From: Octopus vulgaris
Taxonomy: Eukaryota
NCBI GenBank assembly: GCA_951406725.2
Contig: OX597815.1
Location: 137,082,001-137,146,000 of the forward strand
Length of the DNA: 64,000 nt
Direction of reading: 5' to 3'
Below the pieces are notes generated by a model. It did no database searches, had not been told where the DNA came from, and saw nothing but the letters and a program-made list of their open reading frames with translations. Of the stretch, positions 1 to 13,813 are shown one piece after another. A program made the translations under genes and the position numbers. Position 1 is the stretch's first letter. The number at the start of each line of letters is the position of its first letter.

Positions 1-148
1 CGTAAATAATATGAATAAAGCAGTAAGGTAGATAGATAGCTACATACATATGAATATACATACGCACATACATACATACCCACCTACATATATTTTCATA
101 TATATCTATCTGTTCGTATGCATATGTGGACATATATATGTGTAGGTT

Positions 149-196
<48 letters not shown>

Positions 197-626
197 GATG
201 TGTGTATGTATATATATGTGAACATCCTGTGTGAGGGGTGTGCATGTGGGTGTGAGTTTAGGTATGCCTATACTATAGATTCATGCATATAGACATGTTA
301 ACAGCACACATATATTTCTAAGTATATGTAATTCATATTAATAGAATTTATATATTTAAAAAAAATTAACTAAATTTATCAAAAAGAAATTTTTTATTCT
401 ACAATCATTTTTTGAGCAGTCATTCTAGTCGATCGTTACTATATACACGCATACATATGTATATATACATGTTCATGCAAATGAATATATGTATGTAAGC
501 GTGTATATCTTTATCAAGATAAAAATATTGAGAGTGACTAACTGATTGAAACACATATATTTATTAAAAATGTATGTATGCATATTTGTATATGCGTGTG
601 TTAATATATATACATATAATATATAT

Positions 627-660
<34 letters not shown>

Positions 661-690
661 AAGATATTGTACACACACATATACACACAC

Positions 691-766
<76 letters not shown>

Positions 767-944
767 GTATGTATATATGGTTCAAATATGCTGAAAACAA
801 GACAGAAACAGATGAGGGAACAACATGTGGGCATGTATTTATGTATGTATGTATGTATGCATGCATGGATGGATGGATGGATGGATGGATATATGTATTA
901 ATGTCTTTCCATTTTACCCGAGCGTCAAAATAATATTTTTTTTA

Positions 945-1207
945 TTCTTTTATTCTTCGACGTGTTTCAGTCATTTGACTGCGGCCATGCTAGAACGCCG
1001 CCTTGGTTTTAAGTCGAACAAATCCATTTATTTTTTAAAGCCTAGTCATCATCATCATTGTTCGACCGTGGTCGAGACAATGGAATTTACCATGTTGCGC
1101 CAGACTTCACGGTCCATCATAGCATTACGGAGGTCCTGTTGCTGGATGCCTGTATCCCTGGAGATTACATCAGGGTAGGAGAGTGTGCGCCTAGTACTTA
1201 TTCTATC
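945..1207 (-). mobile_element. SINE family B, 3' fragment interrupted by an RTE insertion
   Basis: tgtttcagtcatttgactgcggccatgct...agcctagtacttattctatc matches the copies at 30262 and 59041. Confidence 0.8.
1047..1188 (-). mobile_element. 5'-truncated RTE-like LINE 3' end with (ATG)n tail and target-site duplication
   Basis: Minus strand encodes TLSYPDVISRDTGIQQQDLRNAMMDREVWRNMVNSIVSTTVEQ* followed by tgatgatga. Flanked by direct repeats GCCTAGT at 1040-1046 and 1189-1195. Confidence 0.8.
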
Positions 1208-1224
1208 TTACCTATCTTGGAAGA

Positions 1225-2057
1225 CCGTCGCAGGACAATTGCCTAACTAGTGTGTCCTGAAGCTCCTGCCAACGATTTTTGAGCGAGGAATTGCGAGTGA
1301 AAAGGGTTGGAGTAAAATTTGTTCCTCGCTTGCTCACGGAAGATCCAAGACAGTCACGACAGGATGCGTGTCGTGAATTAAAAGAACAGTTGATCTGGAC
1401 TGTTTTTCGAAAGTCATCACCGGTTTCGAAAACTGGTGCTACGGCTATAACCCGGAAACGAAGTATCAATCAAGTCAATGGAAGCTTTCGACGTCACCAA
1501 ACCCCAAAATAGCGCGCCAGGAGAAGTTCAATGTTAAGACGATACTGATTTGTTTCATCGATGCGAAAGGAATTGTCCATAAAGAATTTGTTCCTTGTGA
1601 TCAAACTGTTAACCAGATATTTTACTTGGCAGTTCTGAAAGTTTTGCGAGACGTGGTGAGACGAAACGCCCGACTTTTGCTAAAGTGGAGAGTGGTGGAT
1701 TCATCACGACAATGCGCCTGCGCACACCGCCTAGCGTTTGAGACAGTTTTTGACCAAAAATGGTGTGACCCCGCATTCCCACCCGCACGATCTTGCTCCC
1801 TGCGACATTATTTTTTGTTCCACCGAATGAAAAAAAGATTTTGGTAATATAGAAGAGGCGAAGGAAAAAACGCCAGAGGCGTTAACAGGCATCAATCCGC
1901 AAGAATTCCGTGACTGCTTCAAATAGTGGAAACCGCGTCTGGACCGATGCATGGCTTCAAATGGAGAATACTTTGAAGGCAATAAAAGTATGAACATATA
2001 AAAGTAAGTGAATAAAATAATATTGCAAAGTTTCAGTTACCTTTGAGTTCCTTCTCC

Positions 2058-2058
<1 letters not shown>
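1225..2058 (+). mobile_element. Degraded mariner transposon, 3' two-thirds
   Basis: Frameshifted transposase pieces VKFVPRLL, HHDNAPAH, PHSHPHDLAPCDI. TIR-like end just before the (AGAT)n tract. Confidence 0.85.
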
Positions 2059-2129
<71 letters not shown>

Positions 2130-2942
2130 CAGATATACACACACAGTAGTTGAGTAACTCGTCGTTGCCGGGCAATTTTCACAGTAGAATACCTTGGCGG
2201 AATTTCGGAATAGCATACCCACATAAACTCGATTTTCTCTATTTTGACGGGGGATTTTACCAATTTGGTTTCTCACAAGACACTTACGGAAAATCTTTTT
2301 ATGAAAATTAAATTTTTGAAAATTTATAATTACACCCTCCCGTCCCGCTTCCGGACCGATTTCTTTTATTTGCACCATGCACCTATAAACATTGACAGAT
2401 ACCTTTTCGGTACAAAAAAAAGACCTTTTGGAAAATCCATGAATTGTTTCAGAACCCCGTACTTCATTCATACTGAATTTGGTCATTTTTCCCTCTTTTT
2501 TTTTTTCTTCTATCACCATTACAATCCCCACTTCCTTCATTTTCAAAAAGAAAATGGAACGTAGTTTAAAAACAACGGGGAATTTTCTTTTCATTTTTTC
2601 ATTAAAACTCCTCTCCACAATAAATTTCAGCTTGTTTTTCGAACTTTTGTTACTCATTGTTTTAAAATATAGACAATCCTAATCTGCATTTTTTTTGTTG
2701 TTTATAATTTCAAAATCATTTTCGAACGAAATGGTGTGTGATTTAAAGGAGATTTAGTTGTTCTTTCAAGCACACCTGGTGCCTTCCTCGTTTCTTTTTC
2801 ACTCTGGCATGTATTGATGTTTTTCAAACTTTTTCTCGCCATGAACACGTTTTATGGACTAATGATGCGTGGTCCATTGCTGAGATTTTAGCAACAACGA
2901 AAATATCTTGTAATTCAAATTTTTAACACTCTACACCAAGCA

Positions 2943-2989
<47 letters not shown>

Positions 2990-3129
2990 AAAACATATTT
3001 ACTAACAAAAAAGTAGATTTAAATAATTATCTTTTACACAGAATTTTTAAAATCAGTCCGTCGGTATAATGAAATTCCTGTCACACATACATACACACAC
3101 ACAAACATACATACTCAATGAGCGATATA

Positions 3130-4713
3130 CAGTTGCGGCCAAAATGTTCAGAACGGCATTGTTTTCGTCAGAAAAGTAGATATAATTTTTTATCAAAGTT
3201 GTTTTATATTCTATAATTTTCACAGACAATAAATACGATATTATTTGTTATTGTCTGAGATTTTGGTGTAATTTGAGAGGATAATAAAAAAGTAATGGAT
3301 GATTTAGTGATTTACTGCAAAACCCATGGCGGCCAAAATAATCAGAACGGTTGCTTTTACTCCATGTTTTAGTATATTTAACCGTCGAACTCTAATGTTT
3401 TGAATTTGTTTACGTGACAGTTCGTTTACTAAACATTAGTAAGAATAGCTGCAGTGTAGTTTGTTAATATAATGCCACTTACTCCGTTACCAATTCGTCA
3501 GCAGATTATTAAGCTTCGAAAGAAGGATAATTTAAGTATTAGGTCTATTGCAAAGATTGTTAACAAGTCAAAAAGTGTTGTTCACGGTATTCTTAAGGTC
3601 TACGATGATTGTGGTTCGTGTGAAGCAAGAAAGTCTACAGGTAGGCCAAGAAAAACGACCAAGAGAGAAGACCGTGCTATGGTAAAACTGCTGCTGTTGT
3701 TTTTCGGGAAATGAGCATTGTACTGAAGAAAACTTTATCTCGAAAAACTGTGTCTCGTCCTTTAGTTGAACATGACCTACAAGCAAGAGCGCCTGCAGTG
3801 AAGCCACTGATCAGCTCCAAGAATAAAAAGTGTCGTCTTACCTTTGCAACCGAACATGTGTTGTGGTCTCAAGAAAAATGGCAAACGGTGCATTTCAGTG
3901 ATGAATCTAAGTCTATGTTATTTGACACAGATGGGAAAAGCACATGAAAAATTGTCACCTAAATGCCTTAAGACTAGTGTTAAATTCGGTGGAGGAAGTG
4001 TCATGGTTTGGGGGATGATATCTGGAGATGTTGTGGGCCCTTTGCTGCGATTACATGGAAAGGTAAATGCAGGAGTTTATAAACAACCTGTAAAAGATCA
4101 TGTCTTGCCTGTGCTGAGAAATTCAACTAAGCGACCACCCATATTCATGCAGGACAATGCCCCATGTCACAAGGCTAAGGTGGTCATGAACTTCCTCAAG
4201 GCTGAAAAGGTTATTGTTATGGATTGGCCTGCTCAAGGCCCAGGCCTCAATCCTATTGAAAATGTGTGGAATATTCTAGGAGGACGCTTGAAAGCCAGAA
4301 ATCCTAAAACAACCGAGCAATTATGGAATGCCCTTCAGGAAGAACGGAATAAGATCACCCAGCAAGAAAGTGAATATTTAATTTCCCCATGCAGTCAAAA
4401 ATGTCAAACTTTGATTGAAACTAAAGGGCTTCACACTAAATATGAAATAATTCCAGCATTCTCTGTCACTTTTTGATTATTTTGTTATTTTTTCAACCGT
4501 TCTGATCATTTTGGCCACCATGGGTTTTGCAGTAAATCACTATATCATAACTTTTGTATTATCCACTCAAATTATACCAAAATCTCGGACAATACCAACT
4601 AATATTGTATTTATTGTCTGTGAAAATTATAGAATATAAAACAGCTTTAATAAAAACTTATACCTACTTTTCTGGCGAAAACAATGCCGTTCTGAACGTT
4701 TTGGCGGCAACTT
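3130..4713 (+). mobile_element. Full-length Tc1-family (DD34E) transposon with long IR/DR-type TIRs; transposase pseudogene
   Basis: TA|CAGTTGCGGCCAAAATGTTCAGAACGGC ... GCCGTTCTGAACGTTTTGGCGGCAACTT|TA. TIRs of about 220 bp with inner direct repeats at ~3328-3352 and ~4495-4519. ORFs 3472-3714, 3711-3947 and 3844-4476 carry an HTH, FSDESK, QDNAPCH and LNPIENVW, with 34 aa between D and E. Confidence 0.95.
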
Positions 4714-4803
4714 TACATTTACAGAGAGCGAGAGAGTGTGTGGTAAATATATATAGAGAGGGGGTAAGATAAGAGTGAGAAAAGAAAAAAGATAAGATAG
4801 ATA

Positions 4804-4805
<2 letters not shown>

Positions 4806-4861
<56 letters not shown>

Positions 4862-4931
4862 GGTATATATATATATATATACACATATATATGTATGTAT
4901 ATTTATATATATATATATACATATATATATG

Positions 4932-4981
<50 letters not shown>

Positions 4982-5025
4982 TATGTATGTATATATATAT
5001 ATGTATATATACATATATATGCATG

Positions 5026-5059
<34 letters not shown>

Positions 5060-5096
5060 TATATATGTATGTATATATATATGTACACACACACAC

Positions 5097-5148
<52 letters not shown>
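4806..5148. repeat. Compound (TA)n/(TATG)n microsatellite
   Basis: Read directly from the sequence. Confidence 0.97.
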
Positions 5149-5150
<2 letters not shown>

Positions 5151-5254
5151 CGCGCTTATAGCATTAAGAGTATTTAACTCTTTCTTGCAATATTACAATA
5201 TAGGTGCTTTGGCTCCCTTAATCACATTTCGTGAGGATAACATTTTTCTTATAT

Positions 5255-5965
5255 ATTGAGTTCGACTGTCTCTCGTTCGCGGAGGAATTTTACCAAGATG
5301 TCTCGAGAGTGGCCATGTGAATGAGAATGGGCCCCAACTATGCGAACCTGTTCGATGGCTACATTGAGGCCCAAATATTTTCAGGATTCATTTGGCCCAC
5401 TCCCGAACTATACGGTCATTATATTGACAGTTGTATCGGCGCGAATTCACTCTACCGCGAACAACTAGACTCTTTCCTCTCTTTTGTCCAATACTTCCAT
5501 CCTGCCTTCGAATTCTTCTGCACTATTTCCAACACTTCTGTCACTTTTTTCGACATTTCGGTCAACAACACAACTCCGCTCTCACTACTTCCATCCACTA
5601 CAAACACACCCAATCACACTCATACTTTAACTTCTCCTCCTCCCACACTACCCACACCAAGCTCCCAATCCCTCCGTCTGAAGTCTCTGCAGTGAAAACC
5701 ACGACTTTGAAACTCAGTCTCAACACATGGCTCGCCACTTCATCCTTCGTCGATATCCCCTCACCGCATCCACGCAGCCCTTGCCGTTGTCCGTCTTCCG
5801 TTTTCCCTTACTTAATTCCCCTCCACCCTGCCCCTCCAACTACCATTCTCCGAGCTTTCCGGCGACTTCAGTCCGACCATTCCACTTCGCTCATCTTTTC
5901 CAAGCTACCCTTCCCCCCTTCAAATGAGCCCACAAACTACGTGACCTCGTGGTCCACAGTTTCTT
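5255..5965 (+). mobile_element. Penelope-like element reverse transcriptase fragment
   Basis: MGPNYANLF, YGHYIDSCIG (degenerate RYIDD), FHPAFEF, VTFFDI, TSIHYKHTQSHSYFNFSSSH; frameshifted. Confidence 0.85.
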
Positions 5966-6031
5966 AATAACGTCATTTACATAGTAATTTCCCTTTGTTT
6001 AACGGTCATTACAAAGCATTTCCGTTTGTCT

Positions 6032-6094
6032 TAATAACAGACGAGATGCCGGAGTAGATTTCCGCCCCGACATCAGAAACTCGGAGTTTTATTA
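6032..6094 (+). ncRNA. Degenerate minimal hammerhead-like motif downstream of the PLE RT fragment
   Basis: TAATAA-CAGACGA-GATG...CATC-A-GAAA-CTCGGAG-TT-TTATTA: 6-bp stem I, stem II and a near-palindromic stem III; U4 is mutated to A. Confidence 0.55.
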
Positions 6095-6115
6095 TGGTAA
6101 CCGAATAATTGTCAC

Positions 6116-6189
<74 letters not shown>

Positions 6190-8049
6190 GAGTTATGTAT
6201 ATAGACACACACACACACATATATATTATTTTATTTTATTGCTGAAAATCAAACATGCTGCCAATATTTAATTATTAGCTTCTAACATGGAAGTGTCCCG
6301 TTTCTATTTGCTGAGAATCAACAAGCATGACGAAGTGTTAGCTGTAATTCGAAAAGTTTTGTAAACCGCATCTTTAATGAATCTTATCACTATATATATT
6401 CGCCGACGGCGACTCTGCCTTTCATCGTTTCGATAAATTAAGCACCGGTTGCGTGCCGTAGTCGATGTAACCGACTATCCCACTCCTCCAAATTTTAGGC
6501 CTTGTGCCTATAATAGAAAGGATTATTACTGAATATAATATATTGTTCTTTCCTTAATGCATTAACCCTGATAAATTCAATAATCGTATTAGGTGTTTAT
6601 AAGGAAATATACCATGAATATTTTTTACATCTGAGTTAACCAGCAAGGGACACCATGCAATAAATGACGGAGTTTCTTCGACGTACTGAATATTCATTTA
6701 GGTATTACTCCGATCTGTATCAAATAGAAATGTAGTCGTACTCTTTAGTCTATAAAAAAATGTCAGCTAGTCCACTGCACCAGCAACAATTCGTGTGATG
6801 ACTTTCAGAATCTCATTATCAGATTATTTGACATCCATGGACTATTTTCATTTTGACGAAGGTACATTCGCGAAGTTTGACCTTCATTTACCAAGCACAT
6901 TTCTAGAGCTATTTAAAACTTGTAGTACAGATACACACTGGCTAATGTATATCGGCATATACAAACGGCAATCATTTTTCAGTTAGATGTCGAGAATTCA
7001 CAATCAGAGATTGTTGCGAGATACGAACTCGAACTATCAAGCTTTTCTTCGGTATACCGATATTTTACCGACTAGATACGAGGCCTATCGACTATTGTAA
7101 TTTATGGGAGAAACCAAATGCAGAAATACTTCTATTGAGATAATGCGTTACGTTAACACCTCGGATCCCTAACTTTCATATTGCTATTTACTTAAATAAA
7201 CGATCATTTACAGACCTTTTCGTCTATTCTTTCATTAAGAATTCCTGCTCATCAACGCATCTTATTAGATAAAGCAGAATTGATATGAAAGAAAGAATTA
7301 TAAATATAACGATTATCTCATTAATGACTTACAGTAACACAGATGTTGCAAGTATGACATGGATTGACTACAAAGGATGATTTGCTATCTCTGATATCAA
7401 ATATTCTCGTATAAATTAGCAATGACAAATTACTGTCAGGCTGTGTCAGACATGTTTTAATTAAGTTTAAAACAAGGGCTTTAAACATAAAAGCTCAAAA
7501 GTAAATGCTTCCCTGAGGATATTTTGGTGCTTCGCTGTACAGAATACTGATATCGGTTTCTATCTCTGACGCAACTCATTAAATTAATAAAGGTCTTGTA
7601 AAGTTGATTGAGCCGTTCATTAAATTCCTAATACGTTTGGTTACCCTCTGGTGAATGGATGAAAAGCAAGTTCCTTGCGGCAGAATTCGAACTCAGAATT
7701 TTGTGAAAACGGTGTTCTTGCTTTCGACTATGTGTTTTTTACTCTACATGTCTATAGGCGCGTTCCATTTTCCGACTTATGCACAAGAGGCTTTCCTAAG
7801 AGATATGTCGTTTTAAAGCTCTCTCTTTCTCTTTCTCCCTTTCTTTCTCTTTCTCCCTTTCTTTCTCTTTCTCCCTTTCTTTCTCTCTCTCACCCTCTCT
7901 CTTTCTCTCTCTCTCTCACTCTCACCCTCTCTCTTTCTCTCTCTCTCACTCTATCCCTCTCCTTTGTCTCTCTCTCTCTTTCTGTCTATCCATATCTATG
8001 TAACACTCCCTCTCTCTCTCTCTTTCTCTCTCTAGCCCACACTGTATCG

Positions 8050-8860
8050 CCTCTTATGATTCCAGGGTTTTCTTTCTTGTTGGTCCTCCACTATTATACC
8101 TATTGCCTTCATCTGCAACTACTCCACTCCCATACAGATGATACTACCCTTAATTCTTCCCTAACATCCATAAGGGTAATCGATATGTAACATAAGCAAG
8201 CATTCGCTCTATAAACAGAATTCTAAAACATCCTCCGATGAATTCATCAGATTTTCCTCAACAGCGCAAAGCAAAATTTTATTACCCGTATAAATTAAAT
8301 AATATCGGCCCTCAATAACGTAAACAGCGTATAAACAGAACCTACAAATTCTGATGATCTCTCCTGGTTAACTTACATCTTCAACATACCAAAACATGCA
8401 TCACAGATATTGACCTTCTTGGGAGATTTCTTCTGCATGAAATTACTAACACTCTACAACCCCTACAGAAGCAGACAGCTGAGTACCTGGCCAACAGTCC
8501 AATGGAAAGCCAGTGGATTCATTAGTAGAGAACATTCTTACAAACACACGCTAAAGTTTGATCCACAGTGACATAGTATGCAATCTGCCTTTTCTCTAGA
8601 GCGGCTTCTACTCAGTGGAGGTGGTCAGTTTCATCCTTTCTCCATACAAGTGCTCATATTTCCTCAGAATGATTTCTCCGGGCACCATCATTTTACCTAA
8701 TTCTAAACCCTGCATTAATCATTATGCCCAGGTCTTCCTCCCAAAGTGTTGAGTCCACATGTAGCTCTAAGCACATGATTTTCCTGCAACTGTTATAACC
8801 GTTAACTATGTCGATCTCAACAGTGATCTAAGACCTGCGAGTCTATAGCCACACCTCATC
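8050..8860 (+). mobile_element. Ancient L2/CR1-group LINE RT fragment
   Basis: Degenerate PGFS..GPPL and LHSHTDDTT (YADD-like) at the end of ORF 7675..8190; heavily decayed downstream. Confidence 0.5.
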
Positions 8861-9626
8861 CTTCTCAGCCAAATTAAAAATTTAAAAGGTGTAGAAGGAA
8901 ATGTTGAGAACTATTTTAGAATATTTTGACACCCACCTCTTACATAATTTTAGCTAAAATCATTCAAAAAGCTTATCGTTTTCCAGGATTAATAATTCGG
9001 TTTATTGTTATTGTTGTTGATCAGCCCGTTCCCAGGAAAAGTTCAGAGCCAAATGTTTGCTATAGTATGGACACTGTTGAAGGCAGATATAGACCAAATG
9101 ATAGTGCTAAATTGTGATTACGACAACCACCCAAGTAGACCTGCGAGGGATTTTGATTCACATCACTAAGTGCCAAGAAATATATGGCAATGCACCCTCC
9201 TTGATGCTTTATTCATTCCGCTAATCCAGGACCCTGGAATGCACTTTATTATCGACTTTAGAAAGACGTGAGGTAAAGTGACCCTCGGCGAGATTTGAAC
9301 TCAGAACACTAAGTGAAGGAAGGCATATGTCAAAATATTTCGTTCCACTTTCTAATAACTCTCCTAATTCGCTGTCAATAGAAATTACACATCGACAATA
9401 AGTCACATAGTTGGCGACATGTTAGAATGTTGAGGATCATCGCGCCTTGCATTTATGACCAGAAATGTTCATGACCATTCTCTATTACTTTGTCAAACAG
9501 TATGTATCAAAGGGCACATTATCAAACATGTCCCTCCGTTTCTAATAGAGTTGGGTGTGGTTTAAAGTATATTTAAAGCTATTTCTAGCAGCCCGAACAA
9601 ACTTGGACCACCTCATACATTCCTTA

Positions 9627-9896
<270 letters not shown>

Positions 9897-10085
9897 AGAT
9901 GTCTTTAAAATAAAACTGGATCTCTTCCTGTCAGGTATCCCAGATGAACCAATTTCACCGCAGGAGGTGCAGATGAGGGCAGCTGCATCGAACTCCCTCA
10001 TGCACCAAATGGCAATTGCTAAAAAGCATTCGTGAAGTAAAATCATGTAGCAACACCAAATGGCGGTGCCCCAGCATGGCCACAG

Positions 10086-10124
<39 letters not shown>

Positions 10125-10340
10125 TATATTTTATCTAGTTTCAGCTCACGAGCTGTGGCCATGCTGGGGCACCGCCATTTGGTGTTGCTACATGATTTTA
10201 CTTCACGAATGCTTTTAGCAATTGCCATTTGGTGCATGAGGGAGTTCGATGCAGCTGCCCTCATCTGCACCTCCTGCGGTGAAATTGGTTCATCTGGGAT
10301 ACCTGACAGGAAGAGATCCAGTTTTATTTTAAAGACATCT
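9897..10340. repeat. Near-perfect inverted duplication (about 190-bp arms) of a LINE 3' end
   Basis: 9897-10087 is the reverse complement of 10151-10340 except for one A in a homopolymer; the left arm is flanked by (TA)n on both sides. Confidence 0.95.
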
Positions 10341-11670
10341 GCATCCACCCCATTCAGGTCTCTCAGGTCCTTCGGGAGGATATTGAAGAGCTGTGGACCT
10401 CTGAAGCTCAGGCTATCATAGTATCTTATCCTACATCTTGATGGCAAATTTGGAGTCCTTGGCACTATGCAGTGGCGCCCAGTTCTGGTATTTGTGTAAC
10501 TCTCGATGCCAAAGTTTGGGATAAGTCCTTCCAGGATCTTCCAGATGTATATTATGGCATATCTTTCTCGCCTACGCTCTAAGGAATAGAGTCTTAATCT
10601 CTTGAGACTTTCCTAATAGCTTATATGCTGCACAGAGGCTATCTTCTTCGTGTAGCTTCGTCGGATCGCCTCAAGTTCTGTGATTAATTTGACACTGGAT
10701 GGTGACCATAGCTGAGAGCAATAGTCAAAGTGGCTTAGGACAAGTATCCTCCAGAGGACCATCATGGTTTCCTGGTCTCTTGTTCTAAAGGCTCTAAGAA
10801 TCCATCCGGCCAGCCGCCTACATTTCATTGCCAATTTAGCAACATGCACATGAAAGGTTGCATCATTACCCAGGTCTCGAACTGATTGTGCCTCTGGGAT
10901 TGCAATCCCTCCAGGTCCAGTGTATTTATTGGGTATTGCATTTAATTTTGCATGCTGATAGCATAAAGCTTGAAACTTTTCAGCATTGAACTGCATGTTA
11001 TTCTTTTCAGCCCACTTGTATATTTTGTTCAGCTCACATTGCAGGTGCATAGTGTCTTCAGGGTTCTGTATTGCCTGTGAAACTTTTGTATCATCTGCAT
11101 AACTTGTGATCGTGGCTCTCTGCGTGGCTGAGGTCATGTCCGAGAGGGCCATTATGAACAGTAGTGGTCCCAAAACAGTGCCTTGCGGAACACCGCTCAC
11201 TATTTGCGTGTTAATGAAGGTTGCCCCATTGGCTACTACCACCTGGCTTCTATCCTTTAGAATGTCATGAAGCTATTCTCCCAATTTTCCATCTATGCCA
11301 AGATCACGCAGTTTGTGACATATCTTCCATGATCGACTTTATCAAAGGCTTTTGCAAAGTCGAGATATAACACTTCCACATTTGGGTGGTTGAGCAGTTG
11401 TTTCAGCACCCAGTCATAGCTGAGTTAGGCAGCTTCTTCCTGGTCGGAAACCATGTTGGGTGTCAGGCAGCAAGTTATTTTCTTCAAGGAAGGCGATGTG
11501 TTTCCTTCTGACTATTCGTTCCATGACCTTGCTGATGTGTGAGGTCAGAGTGATAGGTCTGTAGTTCCTGGCCTCCGCGCTGCCTTTATGAATAGGGCAT
11601 ATTTTACCTTCCTTCAGTTTTCTTGGAAGTTTGCCAGTTGCAAGGAAGCTCTGAAAAAGGAAATGCAAGA
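10124..11670 (-). mobile_element. 5'-truncated CR1/L2-group LINE (RT domain to 3' tail)
   Basis: ORFs 11414-11668 (NYRPITLTS, QHGFRPGRSC), 10613-11242 (SGVPQGTVLGPLLF, YADDTK, DYCSQLWSP) and 10124-10465; the tail runs into (TA)n. Confidence 0.93.
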
Positions 11671-11709
11671 GAGAGAGAAAGAGAGAAGGAGAGGGAGAGA
11701 GAGATGAAA

Positions 11710-11975
11710 AGCCTTCTAAGTGAATTTGGTTGAGGAAAATAGAAGCCCGTCATGTATGTATGTATGCCGTTTTGTGTGCCTCATCCCACCGCTTGACAAT
11801 TTTGTTGGCTTTTTTGCGGCCCGTCACTTTGTGGTTCGACAATTGCGACCACTAGAATAAGTACCAGACTTTAAAACATAAACACAGGATTTGTCTCGTT
11901 TGACTAAAACCCTTCATGGTCGTGTCCCAACGTGGCTGATGTCCAACAAATGAAACAGTTAAAAAATAAAAGATG
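11710..11975 (+). mobile_element. Degraded SINE family B copy
   Basis: agaagcccgtc, ccaccgcttgacaa, gaataagtaccag and tgaaacag match the reverse complement of the 30262 and 59041 copies. Confidence 0.6.
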
Positions 11976-12598
11976 TATGGAATTTTTAGTATATATTGCT
12001 TTTTTTAGCTCAAATGTAAGATATTCCATGCTGCGTCCTACAAAACCGAAGTTAGGTAATAATTAAGCATTTAATCGGGTCAGAAAATCCGGCTAACTGT
12101 TTGCACTTGAGAAGGTTTCATATTCTGGCAGAAGTAAATATATATTTCTAAGCCAAAGCTTAACAACAGTTACAATTAAGGAGATTATTACTGCCAGCAA
12201 CTTGAAATCATAGTTATGTTTTTGCTTAGTCGAACATTCCAAAATCTATGTTAGCTCACTGCAATCCCTGTGGCGTTAATAAATCAGATTTTGTTTTAAT
12301 GAATTAAATTCCAGTAATATACTGTGTACAAATCCAACCAACGAAACGACTAACCTTTGCCTTACCAGGAGAAATCATACATCTGAGACAAGGCATAATT
12401 GAAATTTGAGGAAATCGTTGTACATGTTTTTTTGTGTGTTTTTGTTAAGCCAGACAATGTGTATGTTTTCTGAATTCTTTGTATCAACATTATTTACTCT
12501 CTTCTGCCCATTCTATTTGTTGCTCACTCATTCTGTATACCTTACTTTCTGTACACTCACGCGAGCGCAAGCGCGGCGCACACAGGCATTCTCACATA

Positions 12599-12639
<41 letters not shown>

Positions 12640-12653
<14 letters not shown>

Positions 12654-13675
12654 GAGAATGTGTGTCTGTCTGTCTGTCTGTGTGTTTCCCTAAAACTTGA
12701 GAACTACACAACCAATTCCATTCAAATTTTACACATGCCTTACTTCGGCTCCATGTAGTTTCATGGGCAAAAAAAAATGTTCAACTCCTTGCCTAGAGCG
12801 AGCCCATAGCAATATCATATCTTCTCCACTATTTCAGTATTACGTGTTAAAGTGAAACAAAAACGTTTCTCTATTGTATGTCAGATACTTTCACTTTAAC
12901 TATAAAAATAATAATAACAATTGAATTATATGTAGTAAGTAATAATTAAAATCAAACTAAAGTATAATATAATCATAACAAAAGTAAAAATAGCAATTGG
13001 TATAAAATTGCATCAATGACTTGAACTTGAATAAGTGATTTCACATGAATGGGAATAAATTAAAAATAAAATTAGCGTGCAGAAATGGAATAGTCCAGAT
13101 AGATAATAAAAAATTAAATTAAAGTAAAGACTATTGTCTATAAAGTATACAATATAGAGAAAAAAGATTTGAGCACCTGAAGGAAAGCGCCATCGAAAAG
13201 TGTCTTGGTGCGACTATGAAAGGTTTCTAATCAGAGGCGGTAAATTCGCCACAATAGAAGCAAGGTTCGAGTCAACCGAGCGTGCAAGGGAGTACTCGAC
13301 TCGAACTTTCAAAGTGGAAATATTTTATTTTTACCTTTATATCTGGGACGTAGGACGTCCCGGATAAAAGTTAAAAATGCCACCACCACCCAGCAGTAGA
13401 GCTAGGCTGGATTGTAGCCACACTTCTATACAAGAGGGAGGACAAGATACAATTGATCGAAATTGCAAGAGACGGGCCTACAATTCCAGTCTGTTACATA
13501 TTTTGAGTATTGTTATCACTAGCGATATCAAGATATAACTTTGTATTTTGTATTTTATGTGAAGATGTATATATATATATATATATATAGATGTACATGT
13601 AATATGTACACATATATATACACATATATACATGCACTAGCACTATGACCCGGCAACGACGGGTCATATTGCTAG
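12640..13675 (+). mobile_element. Non-autonomous Helitron-like element
   Basis: 5' region has TATATAAA...(GTCT)n and aaattttacac. 3' hairpin TATGACCCG-gcaacga-CGGGTCATA (13644-13668) is followed by CTAG|T at 13672-13675. The 5' end is buried in (TA)n. Confidence 0.75.
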
Positions 13676-13782
13676 TATATATATATGTGGCGTCATTCGA
13701 AGGCTAAAAAATAACAATGCGAACGCATTGTGACCAGCGATGTGTAACAACATCTGATGGTCTGGTCGGTTACGTGATCACA

Positions 13783-13813
<31 letters not shown>

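Noticed and set aside
2037-2657. 206-aa minus-strand ORF
   Set aside because: No recognisable motif and it ends in (AGAT)n. Possibly a decayed retroelement, but I cannot assign it.
12366-12382. Possible minus-strand micro-exon (cag|ATGTATGATTTCTCCTG|gtaagg)
   Set aside because: No partner exons or homology; such signals arise by chance.
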